DNA of 53,448 nucleotides, counting the filler, from Sphacelaria rigidula (taxonomy: Eukaryota), in the NCBI GenBank assembly GCA_964200075.2. It is 3 parts of 3 records of this genome, joined end to end, with 100 filler letters (N's around TTAATTAATTAA, not from the genome) between each part and the next. Parts side by side here need not be neighbours in the genome. Positions count along the whole stretch, not along the records: positions 1 to 17,754 come from CAXNAA020001000.1; 2 more parts are not named here. One strand, 5' to 3'. Within the stretch, counting starts at the first letter, position 1, and every line of letters begins with the position of its first letter. The position numbers were made by a program, and so were the translations under genes. Under the pieces are notes generated by a model that did no database searches, was not told the origin of the DNA, and saw only the letters and a list, made by a program, of their open reading frames with translations. Positions 1 to 12,930 of this stretch are shown one piece after another.

Positions 1-720
1 GACGTTTCTATACTAAAACCAAGTAGTTAGGAGTTGCACGTTTCAAGCCCACGTCCTCCACAAACGCGCAAACTTTCACGCTTTCATTAGGAGTTGGATC
101 CTGAAACTTCGCACAAATATGTTATGTACAGTATCATTACGCAAATTTCTAGGGACGATGTTTTTTTTGTACTTCCTGAGTTTTTCACCGTTTTTCGGGG
201 GTCCGACGGGATCGAAGTCGTTTTTCGAAGTAGTCTCTATTCTGGAACCCCAGAGAAACGGCACTTCTTTTTTTTCTTTCATTTTTTCGCGAACTATCTG
301 CCTCCGCATAACCCAAGGATGGGTTCCACAAATTTTCGTCGCAAAACTCGATCAACTGATGCTTGAATTTCCATGTTTACGTCAAAGAAGGCCCAAAAAC
401 GCCGTTTTGGTACTAAAATCAAATAGTTTGCGGTTTCACCGCGGTACGGCCAAGTTCATCGCTCAAAGGCCAAAAAGTTCACGACGTTTTAAGGAGTCAC
501 CAGACCCTGGAATTTTTCACAACTGTGCTTTGGGACGTTACCCAACTTTGCAGGAACGTTCTTTTTTGTTACTGTTTTACGGGGGTCCGACTGGGTCGAG
601 GTTTCCCCCAAAAACTAGGGCCGCCGAAGAACGGTGAAAAAAGTTGAAAAAAAAAGTTCCTGCAAAGTTGCGTAATGACCCATAGAACTTTCGTGCAAAA
701 TTTCAGGGTCTAACTCCTTA
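1..720. mobile_element. Foldback/MITE-like repeat with internal direct and inverted copies (truncated at window start)
   Basis: 490-580 is an imperfect reverse complement of 631-720 (taaggagt..gaccctg..caactttgcaggaac). A related unit sits at ~86-217. The motif attaggagttgga recurs inverted at ~19290-19314. Confidence 0.6.
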
Positions 721-779
721 ACCCTTTTGGAACCCTCCCCTCCTGTCCCCTGTCCAAATGCCTTATTATGAGAAGCCCT

Positions 780-935
780 GACAAAGAGGAAAATATGGAA
801 ACAGGAAAAGCCGACGGCAACTATTTCATAATGGAAGACGAAGAAGAATGTCCTCCCCGGAGAGGTCGGGTGGGGTTTGTGCAATCATACCACGCAACGG
901 ATGAAGTGTGTCTAATTGTATCCATCGACAATAAT
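780..935 (+). repeat. Dispersed repeat, second copy inverted at ~19390-19600
   Basis: ccccggagaggtcgggtggggtttgtgcaatcataccacgcaacgg..gtatccatcgaca matches the reverse complement of 19400-19490. Confidence 0.6.
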
Positions 936-2944
936 CAGCAAAACCACTCTGAAACATTCCATTCAAAAAACAGCAATGGGCTCCACGGTCCAACCAGGCA
1001 CGTCGGTATATTGGCATTTGTAGATACGGGAAGCACCGCTTTGACAGGCTGCAGCATCGTGTGCCGAGTTTGCCAAGCCACACCGTACATACAGCATAGT
1101 ATGGATGGCTGGACCCAGCGAAATCCCGTCACGAAATGTGTAAGGCACAGTGGGTTGTGCGGGCGGTACATGGCGGGCGTAATCGCAGGCGTCCGCACAG
1201 GCGATATACATGCACGCGGGAGGGAGCCAACAGGCGCCGCCTACCGTAATCAGGCCAGATGAAAAACACTACAGTCAGTGAATACAGTAGGTTACAGTAT
1301 TGACTTGCGCTACACTCCGTGTAAGATACATATAAGCATGTGAAAAGTCGGCCACGAGAGTAGACGGCACGAGACGATAGCGATAGCCGGCGTCATGAAT
1401 CTCATGCAGCATAAAGTTTGCCTGTGCAACGGTCGGGAACGATCAACCCGCGGTATAGATGTGGTGGGGCAACTGTGCCTTTCGCTACGCCGTTGTGTAA
1501 TAGTCAACCCGCAGTATGATGTTGTCTGCATGTGCTTGGCAGAGCGCAGTTCTGTGCATGCCTCGCGTTTGACAGGGAGTTTTTCAAAATACGATATATT
1601 TTCAAAATATAATACAGACATGACACGAAGCAGTAAGGCATCACCCCTGGGGCAACGGCACTTGGCAGACTCTACACCACAGTGACGGTGCATAACTACA
1701 GGGCACATGGCGCCTGCGTCGCCTTTATGGGGTTTTTTTAACGGCGGGATGGTGCTGTCGGAACGTGCACTAGCGCGATGTTGTGCATGACGTGAGTCTG
1801 CAGTCGAGATTCCCTTAAATTGCTGTAAACACCCAGTACCGTACAGGGCAGTATCGCAGCACCCTCGGCGGCACGGAAAGGTGCCTGCCAAGAATTGTAT
1901 TACACCGCCAGTTCATAAATATGGCGAATGTGCCATCGGCGTTGCCCTTGTTGCTATGACGCTGTAAAGAGCATAAACTGCAGCGGGAGGAGCGTGAAGG
2001 TCAGGCGGGAAGCATGCTTCACAGAGGCTTGCCGCGCAGTGTGGCCGGGGAAGGAGCTCGTGATTGTACGTGTAGAAAAAAACGCCGACGGTTCGCAGCA
2101 AGGAAATACGAAACCTTCTCTTGTTCCACTTGTCACTCGCACGGGTCTGAAAAATACGCGTTGGACGAATATTGTTGCGTCTAAGCTGTGAACCGTCAAC
2201 CATATCTTGCTCAAAACCCATCAATTGCAACTGATCAATTTTCCGTTGTGAGTTCCAAAAGGCTTAAAACGGCGTGAAGTTTTACCGATGAGTGTTTTTG
2301 GGTCATAAGCGTGAACCAGCCTGTATTGCCCTCTTATTTGTTTATTCATCAGTGTTTTTTTTTCTTCCAATTATACTCGTACTGTATTTGTTTCATTTAT
2401 TTTTTATTTGTTCATCTATTACTTTGTATTCATTTATTTCAATCGGATCACCCGCATTTATCCCCAAGTAGAAGTCGCGGCCTTCGCAGCTACTTGGGTG
2501 CTCGCGTTTGTACTGAGGTCCGCAACCCCGGTCACGAGAAGAAAGCCGAGGTGCAGGTACTTTACACTCTCGTGGCACCCGTAATAGCAAAGCGAAACAT
2601 CAAAACAGGAACAACAAAAGTAGTACTCATACATCTACCTTGTGCACCCGCTCATCTATTCAGTATCCAGCTTCACTGTTGTAGCAGGTACATGAGCGCT
2701 CTTACTTTCCTCACGTTGCTATACCCCAAGGGGGAGCTATCATCAGACTATAAGCGACTGTACTATCCGCTCAAGGAAAAGGAAGCCGCATTTATCCACA
2801 AAACCATGACGTTCGCGATATACAACATGGCTTACCGAAGTGATCTTATCTTAACGGAGATGCAGTAGCCTACATGGGGGAGGAACGTATGGGGAGGGGG
2901 AAGAGGGGGGGAAGGAAGTGAGGTTATCTTATGTTGGCCTGATT

Positions 2945-3045
2945 TCGACTCCTCCCCTTCCACGGGATGAGTTCTTGGTATCAAGAGATCAACTTGTCTT
3001 TCCCCCGATACACACCTGAAAGTTTGGTATCGCGGATTGGATCAT
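2945..3045 (-). repeat. Short dispersed repeat family (other copies at ~10121-10190 and ~14233-14330 on +)
   Basis: Shared core cttgagaccacggactcgtcccgag, plus ccaatccgcgataccaaa in the 2945 and 14233 copies. Confidence 0.6.
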
Positions 3046-3120
3046 GGCCAGCACTCAGCTTAAAGTTTGGTATCGTCTATCAAACTCAGCCAGACTATTC
3101 TTGTTACTTGTATTCGTGTC

Positions 3121-5393
3121 TTGACGCTTTTAGGCAGCTCCTTACGGCAAACAAAAACAGATCCCGTAAAACGACCTGGTTGGTCCTTCCGCGTCGTCCT
3201 ACACGCCCCAAAAAGGGCTAGGCAGATGTTGACATCTTGGAATGCCTTGCTGTACTCGTTGATACGGTTCCAGGAAAACTTCGCGTTTTCCGGTGTCCCC
3301 AGCTTTTTTCTGGCCAGACTTGAATTCTGTCCACGAAAGTTTAGCAGTTCTTTCTAACCTCGACCGTTTTTGGTCTCCTCCAGAATAGCGTTTACATCGC
3401 GGTGAAGTTGAACCTGCGTATGAAATTTCGCCGTTTTCCGCCAACATAGCTTGGGATAGGAGAGTACTTTCTGCTATGTTGTGTTTGTGTAAAAAGCTTA
3501 GCAGGTGTGGCTGGGTGCACCCATTTCATTGGTGTGCACGTGTGTCGATGACGATGCCACCGGAGGAGCAACAGCGGAGAGGAAGCTCCTCGCCCATGTC
3601 TGGTGTGTGTGTCTTCGTTCGGCAATTCCCAGTCGGTCGAGAGATTGGTATCAGGTAACCACCACACAAACTGTTTGCTAGCCCTCCCGTCGGCAGAAGA
3701 ACGGCAGGCAGCTGGTTGAACAGCTCCCCCCCCAGAAAAAATGTGGCTTGGCTTGCCGCATCTTGACTGATGTATTCGTGTCTTGTCTGTGGCGCTGGTC
3801 AGTGCAAAAATCGAGTGATCTCTGCCTCTAGTTTTGGACAGGACGTGCCTCTGTGCGCTACAGAACACGTCGTCGAAAAACAGGGCGGTATTCCTGTCAC
3901 GGCTACCGTTCTCTCACACACGCGTGTGTGTAATGATGGTTGCGCCAAGATCCAATCAGCGGTCAGGGGTGTTATCGTAAAAAGTGTCATACACGACTTG
4001 CTGACAGGAAAGGAAAACAGATTACGATTAGGGCCATGGAGTGTACAATCCACGACTATGGAGGTTTTCTTGACATGCCTAGTGAAATAAGATACCTCTG
4101 GCGGTGGCTTACCTGCTGTTGGCGTGGCCCACGTGGGCGCTGGCACACTGTGAGCTGTGAGCTGCGGGGCGCTTTCTTTTATGTACAAGCAATGCGCACA
4201 GTGGGGAAGGCCGATGCCTTCATTTTTTGGATCGTCCTTTACTCTGCCGAGCCCACCACAAGCTTTTACCTGAAGTGAGATATAGTTCCACCACGAGCAA
4301 AGGCATTCTCGTAACATGGACTGCTTGCCGTTTCATTTGTGGCCCACGCCGTCGAGCCCTGACCAAACAAGTATTGTATGAAGTAGCATGGGTTAGGTTT
4401 CATGGAGCGGAGCAACAGCCAGCCCAGTGCTGTTTTCCCCTCTCTAGAGCCCATACAATTCATTATGACAGACCGTAGCCACTCTGACATGTGCACATGT
4501 CAATGCATTTGAGTGTATGAAAGAGCAATGGATGGAATTAAAATTGGAGCGATTTCCTCAAAACGGGTGCCAAAGCTGACAGAAGGCGCTTTCCTCGGCT
4601 TCCCAAGGACGTGAAAAAAAACGTTACAGTTCATCAAGCCCTGAGGAAATATCGCAAATACATATAATGTTTCACGGATCAGCCCCTCAGTTTTCACCTT
4701 TATGAAACGTTTGCGGTAACGATACTTCGATTCAGAAACTCGAAAGGTGCTGTTCAGTTGTCTTGAATACTATTCCTTATATATCATTCTCGGAGATGTT
4801 TGAGAAGACTGAACCATCGTTTTTATGCACGCCCCTGGGCCAAGGAAAACGCCCTCTGCCAGCTTTGGCCCCCGTCTTGAGGAAATAGCTTCATTCTGGA
4901 TTCCATCCATTGTTCTTTCACACACTCACATGCATTGGCATGTGCGCATTGCCACAGTCTGTCACAATGAATTGTATGGACTCGTGGTGCACCCAGCCAC
5001 ACTAGCTAAGCTTTGAACACAAACACACTATAGTAGAAAGTGCTTACTTAACCCAAGCTATATTGGCGAAAAATGGCGAAATCCCGAATGCAGGTCCAGG
5101 AAAACTTCGCCATTCTCGAGGAGACCCTCTTTTTGGTCCAAAAACGGTCAAGTCCAAAAAAGACTGCTAGCCGTTCTTGAACATAATGCAAGTCTGACCA
5201 GAAAAAGCTGGGGACACCGGAAAACGCGAAGTGTTCCTGGAACTGTCTCAACGAGTACAGTAAGACACTTCAAGGTTTCAACATCTGCCTAGCCCTCTTT
5301 TGGGGCGTGCAAGACGACGCGGAAGGACCAACCACGTCGTTTTACGGGATCTGTTTTTGTTTGCCGTAAGAAGCGGCTCTAAACAAAGTCAAC
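3121..5393. mobile_element. Non-autonomous foldback DNA transposon with long inverted arms; left arm interrupted by a ~0.92-kb insert
   Basis: 3121-3521 is the reverse complement of ~4987-5393 (e.g. cttacggcaaacaaaaacagatcccgtaaaacgac), and 4445-4605 is the reverse complement of ~4835-4984. The right arm is continuous while the left arm is broken at ~3522-4444. No transposase ORF and no TSD resolved. Confidence 0.8.
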
Positions 5394-5966
5394 GTCGACG
5401 TATCTGGTGGGATCGAACCCGCCTTTTCACCACCCTAATGGTGTCAGTTGTACCATTACCGTTACACAACTGGGACACGGCGACGAAGGTTGTGTGGTGT
5501 CATGTATATATGGGGGGAGCGTTCGCAAGCTCGCTCGCTGCTTTTCTTATGATCACCCGCGCCTTCAATCACACCGTACCGCACTCATCTGGCTTTAAAT
5601 CCCAGACCTGGCATCAGGGCAACACTCGGAGGAGCGCACGCAAGGACGCTCGTTGGCTTCGTCAACTGTAGTGCTACTGTGCGCTATTTCCAAGAGTAGC
5701 GTCCTCCTTCCGTTCACCCTGGCTCTCGTCCATGATCGTTGCTTCTCAGTAGTATCATTCCGACATCGCTTGCTCACTACTTGACGAAGGTGCCTCGTTA
5801 TCTCACGCTCTCCCTTTTGTCGCCTTGGTTATTCTCTCGCGAATGGGGTTTGGCGATACAATACAGTAAAATACCCTCAACCCGTCCACTTCAACCACCC
5901 CATCCTTGTAGCACGATATATTTTAATTAGTATTTTCCCCATCTCTTTCACCGTGCCTCATTTCAG

Positions 5967-6416
5967 GCGGTGCGCCACCCATAGCAGCGAGGCTTGATAA
6001 AATCCACGGCCGCGGTAAACATGGCCGTTTGGGGCCTTGTCGGTCCCGCGTGGCATGCATCCGAGGTGGCTCTGGCTGTGGAGATGCAACACCATCTACC
6101 GGGGAGAGCAGTCGGGTCGGTGTCCATGATGGATCTAAGAGATCCAGTGGCTGGAAACCGTTGTACATACGTGCAGGATTCACTTCTCGATTCCGCCCTT
6201 CTTGGCCGAGGCGAGCCGTTGCTGTGAAAGACGTTGACAGGGAAAACAGCAGCAGTAGCAGCGACAGGATAGATGGGCAGAAGGCTGCAGGGCGGAAGTG
6301 GGGAGAGGCGGCAGAGGGTGATGTATCTTATGGAAGGATGCTAAGGTTCATCCTGCCCACGTTGGGGATATGGCTCGCGTCCCCGATCTTGAGCCTTGTG
6401 GACGCTGGAGTTGTTG
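5967..6416 (+). CDS. MATE exon (N-terminal extension + TM1)
   Basis: tttcag acceptor at 5966, G|gttagt donor; ...MLRFILPTLGIWLASPILSLVDAGVVG. The 5' boundary is less certain than the 3'. Confidence 0.8.
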
Positions 6417-9400
6417 GTTAGTTGATTCTTCTGGGTCTTTAATTCGTTGGTCGCTTGCGTACGGTGTTGAGTAGTGGAGTGGTAGGTGCCTGTGTGTATG
6501 TACTTCCGCCAGTGTGTGCCAGGCAGTTGTTTCTGAATGCCACTAGTTGTCACCGTAAATCCCTTGAACACGTTATAATAGAGTAGCTGTACATTCTACG
6601 TGGAAGAGTCAAATGGCGAACCTCTACAGAACAGCCACTACGCCTTATTAATGTGCATGCCACGTCCCGCAGGGCTGGCAAGAAGCCGGTGTAGCGCGAT
6701 GTAGCGGTTGTGGGTTGCAGAATCTCTGATGTAGTCGTAGTCAGTTGTATTGAAGATGAGGAAACGAACATAGCAGACAGTAAAAGACACTGCGAAGAAC
6801 TCACTCTTTGCCGTGAGCGGCGATGTGGAGACCCGCGCGGAAAGTCAGGACTACAACATGGTGCAGGGCTGCACTGACCGCTGCGGTGCTGTTCGCAATA
6901 CGTTCACCTCACGTTTTGTTTCGGCTTGTATAGTGTCAGGTCGTTTACACTTCCGTAACAAAATTGTGCCGTTGTGTATTCAGGCACGAGGAGTGCACTA
7001 CAGCTGGCAGCTTTAGGGCCGGCGACGGTGCTGTGCGAGAGCTTGATTTACTGCAGTACGTTCCTGGCCATCGCGACCACCAATCTGCAGGCTACAGCAC
7101 TTGCCGAGGGGAGGAAGGATGAGGCCCAGAAGGTGCTCTGACCCCCTGTACGCATCCCACTTTGTGATCCATATCTTGCCCATGGTTGAAAGGTGCACGT
7201 GAGTTTCACTTGGTTGAAACAGTGCGATGGATTGTTCAGATAGCAATCCCGTAACAATTTCTTGCAACGAACGCACGTCCTGAAGCTCACACCAGCTTGC
7301 GTGTGTATGTTGCCTTCCCACCTATTCTGGACGTCAGTCCACACCTTTCGGCATATGCGGGCGCATCAGCCGGGGTCACATAGGAAGGTCATTTCGCGAT
7401 TTTTGAGTTTTGTGTCAGCACTTCACCTTCATTCTGCGATGCTTGCCTTCTTTTTTGTCGCGAGAAGGTTTCAACGGTGCCTTTCCCCCGTCGACCTTGA
7501 GTCGAATTTTGGTGTACCCACGACATTGTCGCTCTCCAATGGTGGGCATGATGTGAGAAAAATCCCGGATCGTGTGGCTTCACCGAGATGGGAACCCACA
7601 TTCCAAGCGTCAGAAGGTGTCGAGTTTACTAACTGATCCACAGGGGCGGCCGGCTAAGGTGTACAAGATCATTCCGACATGTATCAGCGACAGTGTTTTG
7701 GAGCACCCCGTTGGCCTAAGTAATATACGAACGGCTTGTAGGGGCGAAAGGTTGAGGCTTCATATCTCGATAGATATGGTCTCTCTTGAGCAGAATTTCG
7801 CTTCTGTCATTGAAAGCGCCAAGACGCGACTAGCGGAGGAAGTTTGATGACAGTCCACGAGGTGTGGGAGTGCTGATAGTCATAGTCCACCTCTCCATAA
7901 CAAAATGTCAGGCCAGTACCGGGGGAGAAATAGGTGGATCCGTTGAGACTACTCGTACTACTGGTATGGACCCATCCCGAGGAAGGAAATGGGCTGAAAG
8001 TATGACGGGGAAGGGAAAATGCTGCAGAGCAAGTCCACGTGACAGGCAGCATACTGTAATGGACATGCACCCATCTCGAGGCACTTGGCCTAGCGTTGCC
8101 AGGCTGTATGCTCTTCTGTCCCCAGCTGAATAACTGAACGCTGGTGATCATGAAGAAATGAAAATGTCCAGAACGTCTTTCGTCACCGTGGCTGTTCACG
8201 CCGCAGGTTGTGGCCCAAGCTGTGGGGTTGGCACTGACCATCGGCTTTGTGGTGGCGGCAGGTGTGCAGCTCGCTGGCCCTCAGGTTCTGGTACGCCTTG
8301 CTGGAGAGAAGAGCAAGGAGGTATAATTACTTCGCACTTTTCGTGGTTGGCGTTGGCATATTGCTGAGATGGTTCGTGTACCATGTTGAAAGCGCCCTAC
8401 GCCTGTTGTCCTCGTCGCTGTAGTTGGTTCTGTCGGCAGTTGGCAGAATGAAGCACCGAAAGGTCCTGCTAGTCTTTCGTGACCTCACCCTGTAGCATCT
8501 GCCTTCGCTGTCCTGTCCTCATCAAAATTCCCAATCATTTTATAACGGATCTAATTTTTTCGTGTGCCCCTTGTGCTTTCAAATACATCATTTTTCGGTG
8601 GACAGGTGGTTCCAGATGCCCTCGTGTATTCGAGAGTTAGGATACTAGGGGCACCGGCTTCAATCGCAGCCATGGTTCTCCAGGCCGCTTGCCTTGGTGC
8701 CCGCGATTCTGTGACGCCTTTGGGGGTTGTGGCTGTAGCCGGGTTAGTTAATGCTGCTGGGGATTGGTTCACCGTGTGTCGGTTGGGCATGGGTGTGCTC
8801 GGAGCTGCTGCTGCGACAGCTTCGGCTGAGAGTGTGAGTATGGTGCTGTTGGGGATTGCCGTGTTGAGGGCTCAAGGTGAGAGATGGGGTCTGCTCCCCA
8901 GTCGTGTGATTTGTGTGTATTTTTAATATCGGTTTTGGCTCGCATCTTCTCAGTACTCCTGCCTCAAAATCGGTGACGGGGATATCCTCCAGCGAACGTG
9001 TCATGATTCACAATGCCGCAAGAGCGATTTGCCGCGTAGTGACTTATAACCGGGCTTCCAGCTCCTATGCGGCACTTCTTGGTGCTTTTGCGTTCCTGCA
9101 CGTAACGATGCATGGGTCTGGCAGGGTGATGGGAGCGCTTCCGAACTACCATGCTCCCATTTGCCGTGCCGTCTGAAACCGTTTGACTGTGTGTACGAGT
9201 AGAACAGGCGAGGATCTTCCCACCTGCGGATGCGCTCCGAGTATGATCTATACTAGGCAAATCTCGCAGCACTTCGTGGCCTATCAAAAGTCGTATCAAC
9301 AAATTCCCCAACCCCAGTGCTGGAATCGGCAGATCTTTTAATCTCTTCGGTATAATAGTGCATTTCCCTTCACGTCGAGTCACGAATGTGTCACAGGTCA

Positions 9401-12400
9401 TCCATGTTTTGCCCCTTCTCTTGCTATTTTTTGGGCCGTCAGGAGAAAGGTTACACAAGTTTGTGGCGCTGCCGTCTATGGACGAACTGGGCGTGTTCCT
9501 CAAGTTCGCTGGGCCTATCGCCATAGCCCTCATCGGAAAGGTGAAAACAGCACGATGGCAATAAAGAACAATGCTATTTTCCCGACGGACATGCTTGCCT
9601 CCGTTGACTGGTGGCTGGTGGCTGATGTTTTGCAACTGGGTTTATTCTTTGGTTCACCTGTTTTTCATCCCCTCAGTTGTTTGATGGTGCTCACAACATC
9701 AGTACAGACAAAGTGCACTGTATCCAACAGCTAGATTGACATACTTGACGGCAGTTACCGATTTAAGGGTTACGGATGCTGGCAGTCCCAACAAAACTAG
9801 AATCGCATACGGATTACGCACGCTGCATGCCGCTTACAGTGACTCTTCTTTTATGGACAACTTGATGCTGTTGTGAAGACCCGCGATCCGATGCCAGAGG
9901 GGGGGCGGGGCGTACTCATTTGTTGCTTGCCTTAGTCGTTTGACCATTGATCACGCATTTCTTTCGAGACGGAGCACCGTTTCTATTCGTCCGACGCTAA
10001 GGGAATGTTTTGTAAGACAGAAGAACAGACACGTAAGTTGAAAACGTTGACAGCCCCCGGTTGCACGTTTAGTCTTCAGATGTGCCGTGTGTCGACTTGA
10101 AATTGTGCGCAAACTGCGTACTGGGTAGAGATGGGTTGATCCCTTGAGACCACGGACTCGTCCCGAGAAAGAGGAGGGGTTCGAAGTGCGAAAAATACAA
10201 AGAAAAAAAAAATGCGTCGCGTGTCACTGTTTTGCTGCTCTCCCTCCCCTTCCGGATCGGCTGTTTGCTCTTGCAACCGCCGCCCCGCAGGTGATATGCT
10301 ACTCAGCCATGACGTTGGCATGCACTACGTTTGGCACTATCCCGCTGGCGACTCACAACGTGAGGAATCAATGTCAATTCAGCGATAAGGAGGAGACGGA
10401 ATAAATCCTAGTGTATGGAATAGAGCGCGCGGGGTCCTTTTCAGTCCTCTCGTGTCTGCCGAAACGAGAATCGTGTTAGCACAGTCTCCTTTCGCTGACT
10501 TATAACTTTGACGATGTTCCCTAGCTATTTTTTTTTTTTTTCGTCCTCTTTTTTGTTTGTGGACCGTCGACTTTTCTCCATTCATGATCTCTTAGGTTGT
10601 ATTTGATATATTTCTTTCTCTTGTCTGTTTGATTCTGGTGCTTGGTTTCTGTTATTTTGTACGGCCTCTTCATCTGAAGTCATGCTGCAGGCGGCCTGTC
10701 GTTTTTTTTGTCGGGACATGTGTTGGTGGTGCTGTAGCCAAATTGGTGGGGGACAAGAAAAACTGTTGGCTGACTAGTGAGCATCGTTCACAAACTCACG
10801 GGAGAGTCTTCAGCGGAGGTAGTTGGCTTTGCAACCCAGCACATGCAGAAGGCATTTGAGAAAAGGTGCACCAATATCCTCCGTACTAGCCGGCGAAAAC
10901 AGTTGGTTGCCTCTACAAGTCTCTTCTCCTCAAGGAACGTACGAACAGGCTCATGAAAGGTGGGGGTGATGTGGGTACTGCTGCCACGACGGAGGGGAAA
11001 ATTGCCACATTTGTCCGTCGAGGAAATCACCTTTTCCGAAATCTACATCTTTGTCGTGACTAACACGGGAAAATGACTGCATCTACTGGGCAGGTGATGC
11101 TTCGAGTGTTTTTCTTCTTCGCTACCTTCGGAGACGCCCTCTCCCAGACGGCTCAGGCATTACTCCCTGGCGAACTGGCCAAGGATCGCATGGATTCAGA
11201 GGAGGCGTTAGATCGAAGGAAACATCCACGAGATAGTCCCGCACGGCGACTTATGAGGTGCGCATGCCATCGCTTTTTGTGTCCGACCTTGCTGCTGCTG
11301 TTGTGTTGCTGTGATGACCGTGTGAAGCGCCAAGGCGATTCATACCTGTAGCTGACGGCTCTTGACCCATGAGATGAAGCACTTCTCCTCCTACAGTCCT
11401 ACAGTACTTTTTGGACCAGGTTGTCCGTCAAGGGATGTTGTCGACGCTGCGGGGCGATTGTCTCTCAGAGCACCGGAAACCTGCTTCCTTGTTTGCAGTG
11501 AAGTATCCGTGGAAGAGTTCCTCCGCTGTAACATAGCTATAGCTATAGGTGTGTCGTGCGCAACAACAAGGCATCAACGTCAATGTGCAGCATGCCCTGT
11601 TCGCATGTATTGCCGTCTATATTTGTGGATCAGGAAAGTATTGGCGATAGGAGTGCTGGTGGGAGGCCTGAACGCATGTGTGGCTGGTTTAGTGCCCCTG
11701 CATGTCCCACATTTGTTCACCAACTCCATGGCGATTACTACGAGCATGCGCGGACTGGTGCCGCTCCTGTCTTGGAGCCTTCTGTCGCATGCATGTGTCA
11801 TGGGCTTGGAAGGAATATTGCTGGCTCGGCGGCGACTGCAGTTTCTGGCCAGGTGAAGGAAAGTGGCGTGCTGGGCGTTGTGGTGATGGTGCGTGTATTT
11901 TGTGCTGAGTCGCGAGTGAAGGTGCTGCCGTGGGTGAGGCCGGTTTTTGTCGGTAGGCGAGGACACCGTACACATTTTGTCCCAGCTGGAGCACTCACCG
12001 TTATTTATCTCGACACTGTTTCCCCAAACCCTGCTACAGTGCAAATAAGCCCAACTCCAACCCGACTCCTGTGTGTACCATGTTGGCCGTTGGCACATCA
12101 AGAGGAAATAAGTGAGCGGACGAACGATGATTTGACGTTCGCCCTACTTACAAACAACGTACATTCCAGTTGGTGCGATGCGTCGTGTATGACTACATAT
12201 TCCAATAAAATATTCTGATACCTCGCGATGCGATTCGTTGGCAGCTGCTATGCAGTTAACACTGTGGTGATGGTTGGGTTCATGGAGATCGTCAAGACAT
12301 GGCCTGCTTCGAAGGGTCTGCATGGCGCTTGGATGGGCCTCTTGCTTTTACAGATACTCAGGTGAGAACCGAAGGTGTTGATAGCGAAGCGCCGCACTCG

Positions 12401-12930
12401 ACCTTCCATATGAATACTTGAAACCGGGAAGTGTGTCACTGCATACCAGGTATGTTTTTGGCTGCTGTTGATTCGTCCGTCACGATTGCGCTGCGCTTGG
12501 TTTATCCTGGTTTGTACAGTCGTCCCACGGCATCAACAGGCATTTTGTCGCGCCGTTTTACGAGGAGCATCTGCACGGTGTGCGTGTCTCAGACATGCAA
12601 TACGTCTACATCCTCTGTGCATCCATCCTACACGTTTTGCTATGAATCCTATCGTGTGCCTAGCAAACAACAAGGGCACCGCACATGCACATGCCGGTTT
12701 TGGCCGAGAGTGGTCCACGTGTCCAGCTGCCGTCTATTGGGCATCGCGCACGCACATATTGTGCGCACGAAGTGCCGTTTTTGCCAATGGTATGCGGTAC
12801 CTGATTCACTCGCTGCTTGCACTCTTGTATTTTCGTTCCTTGCGCACACAGGGTGCTGGAGTTTGGGTGTCACTTGCTGTGGATAAATCGGCAAGATCGG
12901 CTGGCTGCCAATAAGGCTTCGCTGGCATGA
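5967..12930 (+). CDS. MATE-family (DinF/NorM; plant EDS5/DTX46-47-like) transporter gene, 10 reconstructed coding exons, 5' end unresolved
   Basis: Exons 5967-6416, 6984-7132, 8207-8320, 8606-8876, 9443-9540, 10291-10359, 11094-11257, 11634-11852, 12245-12361, 12852-12930. All introns are GT-AG and phase-consistent, giving one open frame of ~575 aa. Motifs: FILPTLGIWLASPILSLVDAGVVG..LAALGPAT, YSRVRILGAP..QAACLGARDSVTPL, FGDALSQTAQALLP, GLEGILLARR, GLHGAWMGL. Confidence 0.92.
6984..7132 (+). CDS. MATE exon
   Basis: ttcag|GC...AAG|gtgc; TRSALQLAALGPATVLCESLIYCSTFLAIATTNLQATALAEGRKDEAQK. Confidence 0.92.
7300..7652 (-). mobile_element. tRNA-derived SINE, near full-length copy in a MATE intron
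   Basis: The reverse complement aligns along its length with the SINE at 18248-18608 (tttttctcaca..atgccca..tggagagcgac..tgtcgtgggtacac..tgtgaccccggctg..ccagaatag). Confidence 0.75.
8207..8320 (+). CDS. MATE exon
   Basis: cgcag|GTT...GAG|gtat; VVAQAVGLALTIGFVVAAGVQLAGPQVLVRLAGEKSKE. Confidence 0.9.
8606..8876 (+). CDS. MATE exon
   Basis: gacag|GTG...CAAG|gtgag; VVPDALVYSRVRILGAP...LGMGVLGAAAATASAE. Confidence 0.93.
9443..9540 (+). CDS. MATE exon
   Basis: gtcag|GA...AAG|gtgaa; ERLHKFVALPSMDELGVFLKFAGPIAIALIGK. Confidence 0.9.
9895..9988. repeat. Dispersed repeat, inverted copy at ~22665-22760
   Basis: gcgtactcatttgttgcttgcctt..gtcgtttga..gacggagcaccgtt is shared in opposite orientation. 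Confidence 0.7.
10291..10359 (+). CDS. MATE exon
   Basis: cgcag|GTG...AAC|gtgag; VICYSAMTLACTTFGTIPLATHN. Confidence 0.9.
11094..11257 (+). CDS. MATE exon
   Basis: Branch-like gactaac at ~11058; ggcag|GTG...AG|gtgcg; VMLRVFFFFATFGDALSQTAQALLPG. Confidence 0.92.
11634..11852 (+). CDS. MATE exon
   Basis: atcag|G...AG|gtgaa; KVLAIGVLVGGLNACVAGLVP...GLEGILLARRRLQFLA. Confidence 0.92.
12245..12361 (+). CDS. MATE exon
   Basis: ggcag|C...AG|gtgag; CYAVNTVVMVGFMEIVKTWPASKGLHGAWMGLLLLQIL. Confidence 0.9.
12852..12930 (+). CDS. MATE last coding exon
   Basis: cacag|G; RVLEFGCHLLWINRQDRLAANKASLA*, phase-compatible with the previous exon. Confidence 0.75.
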
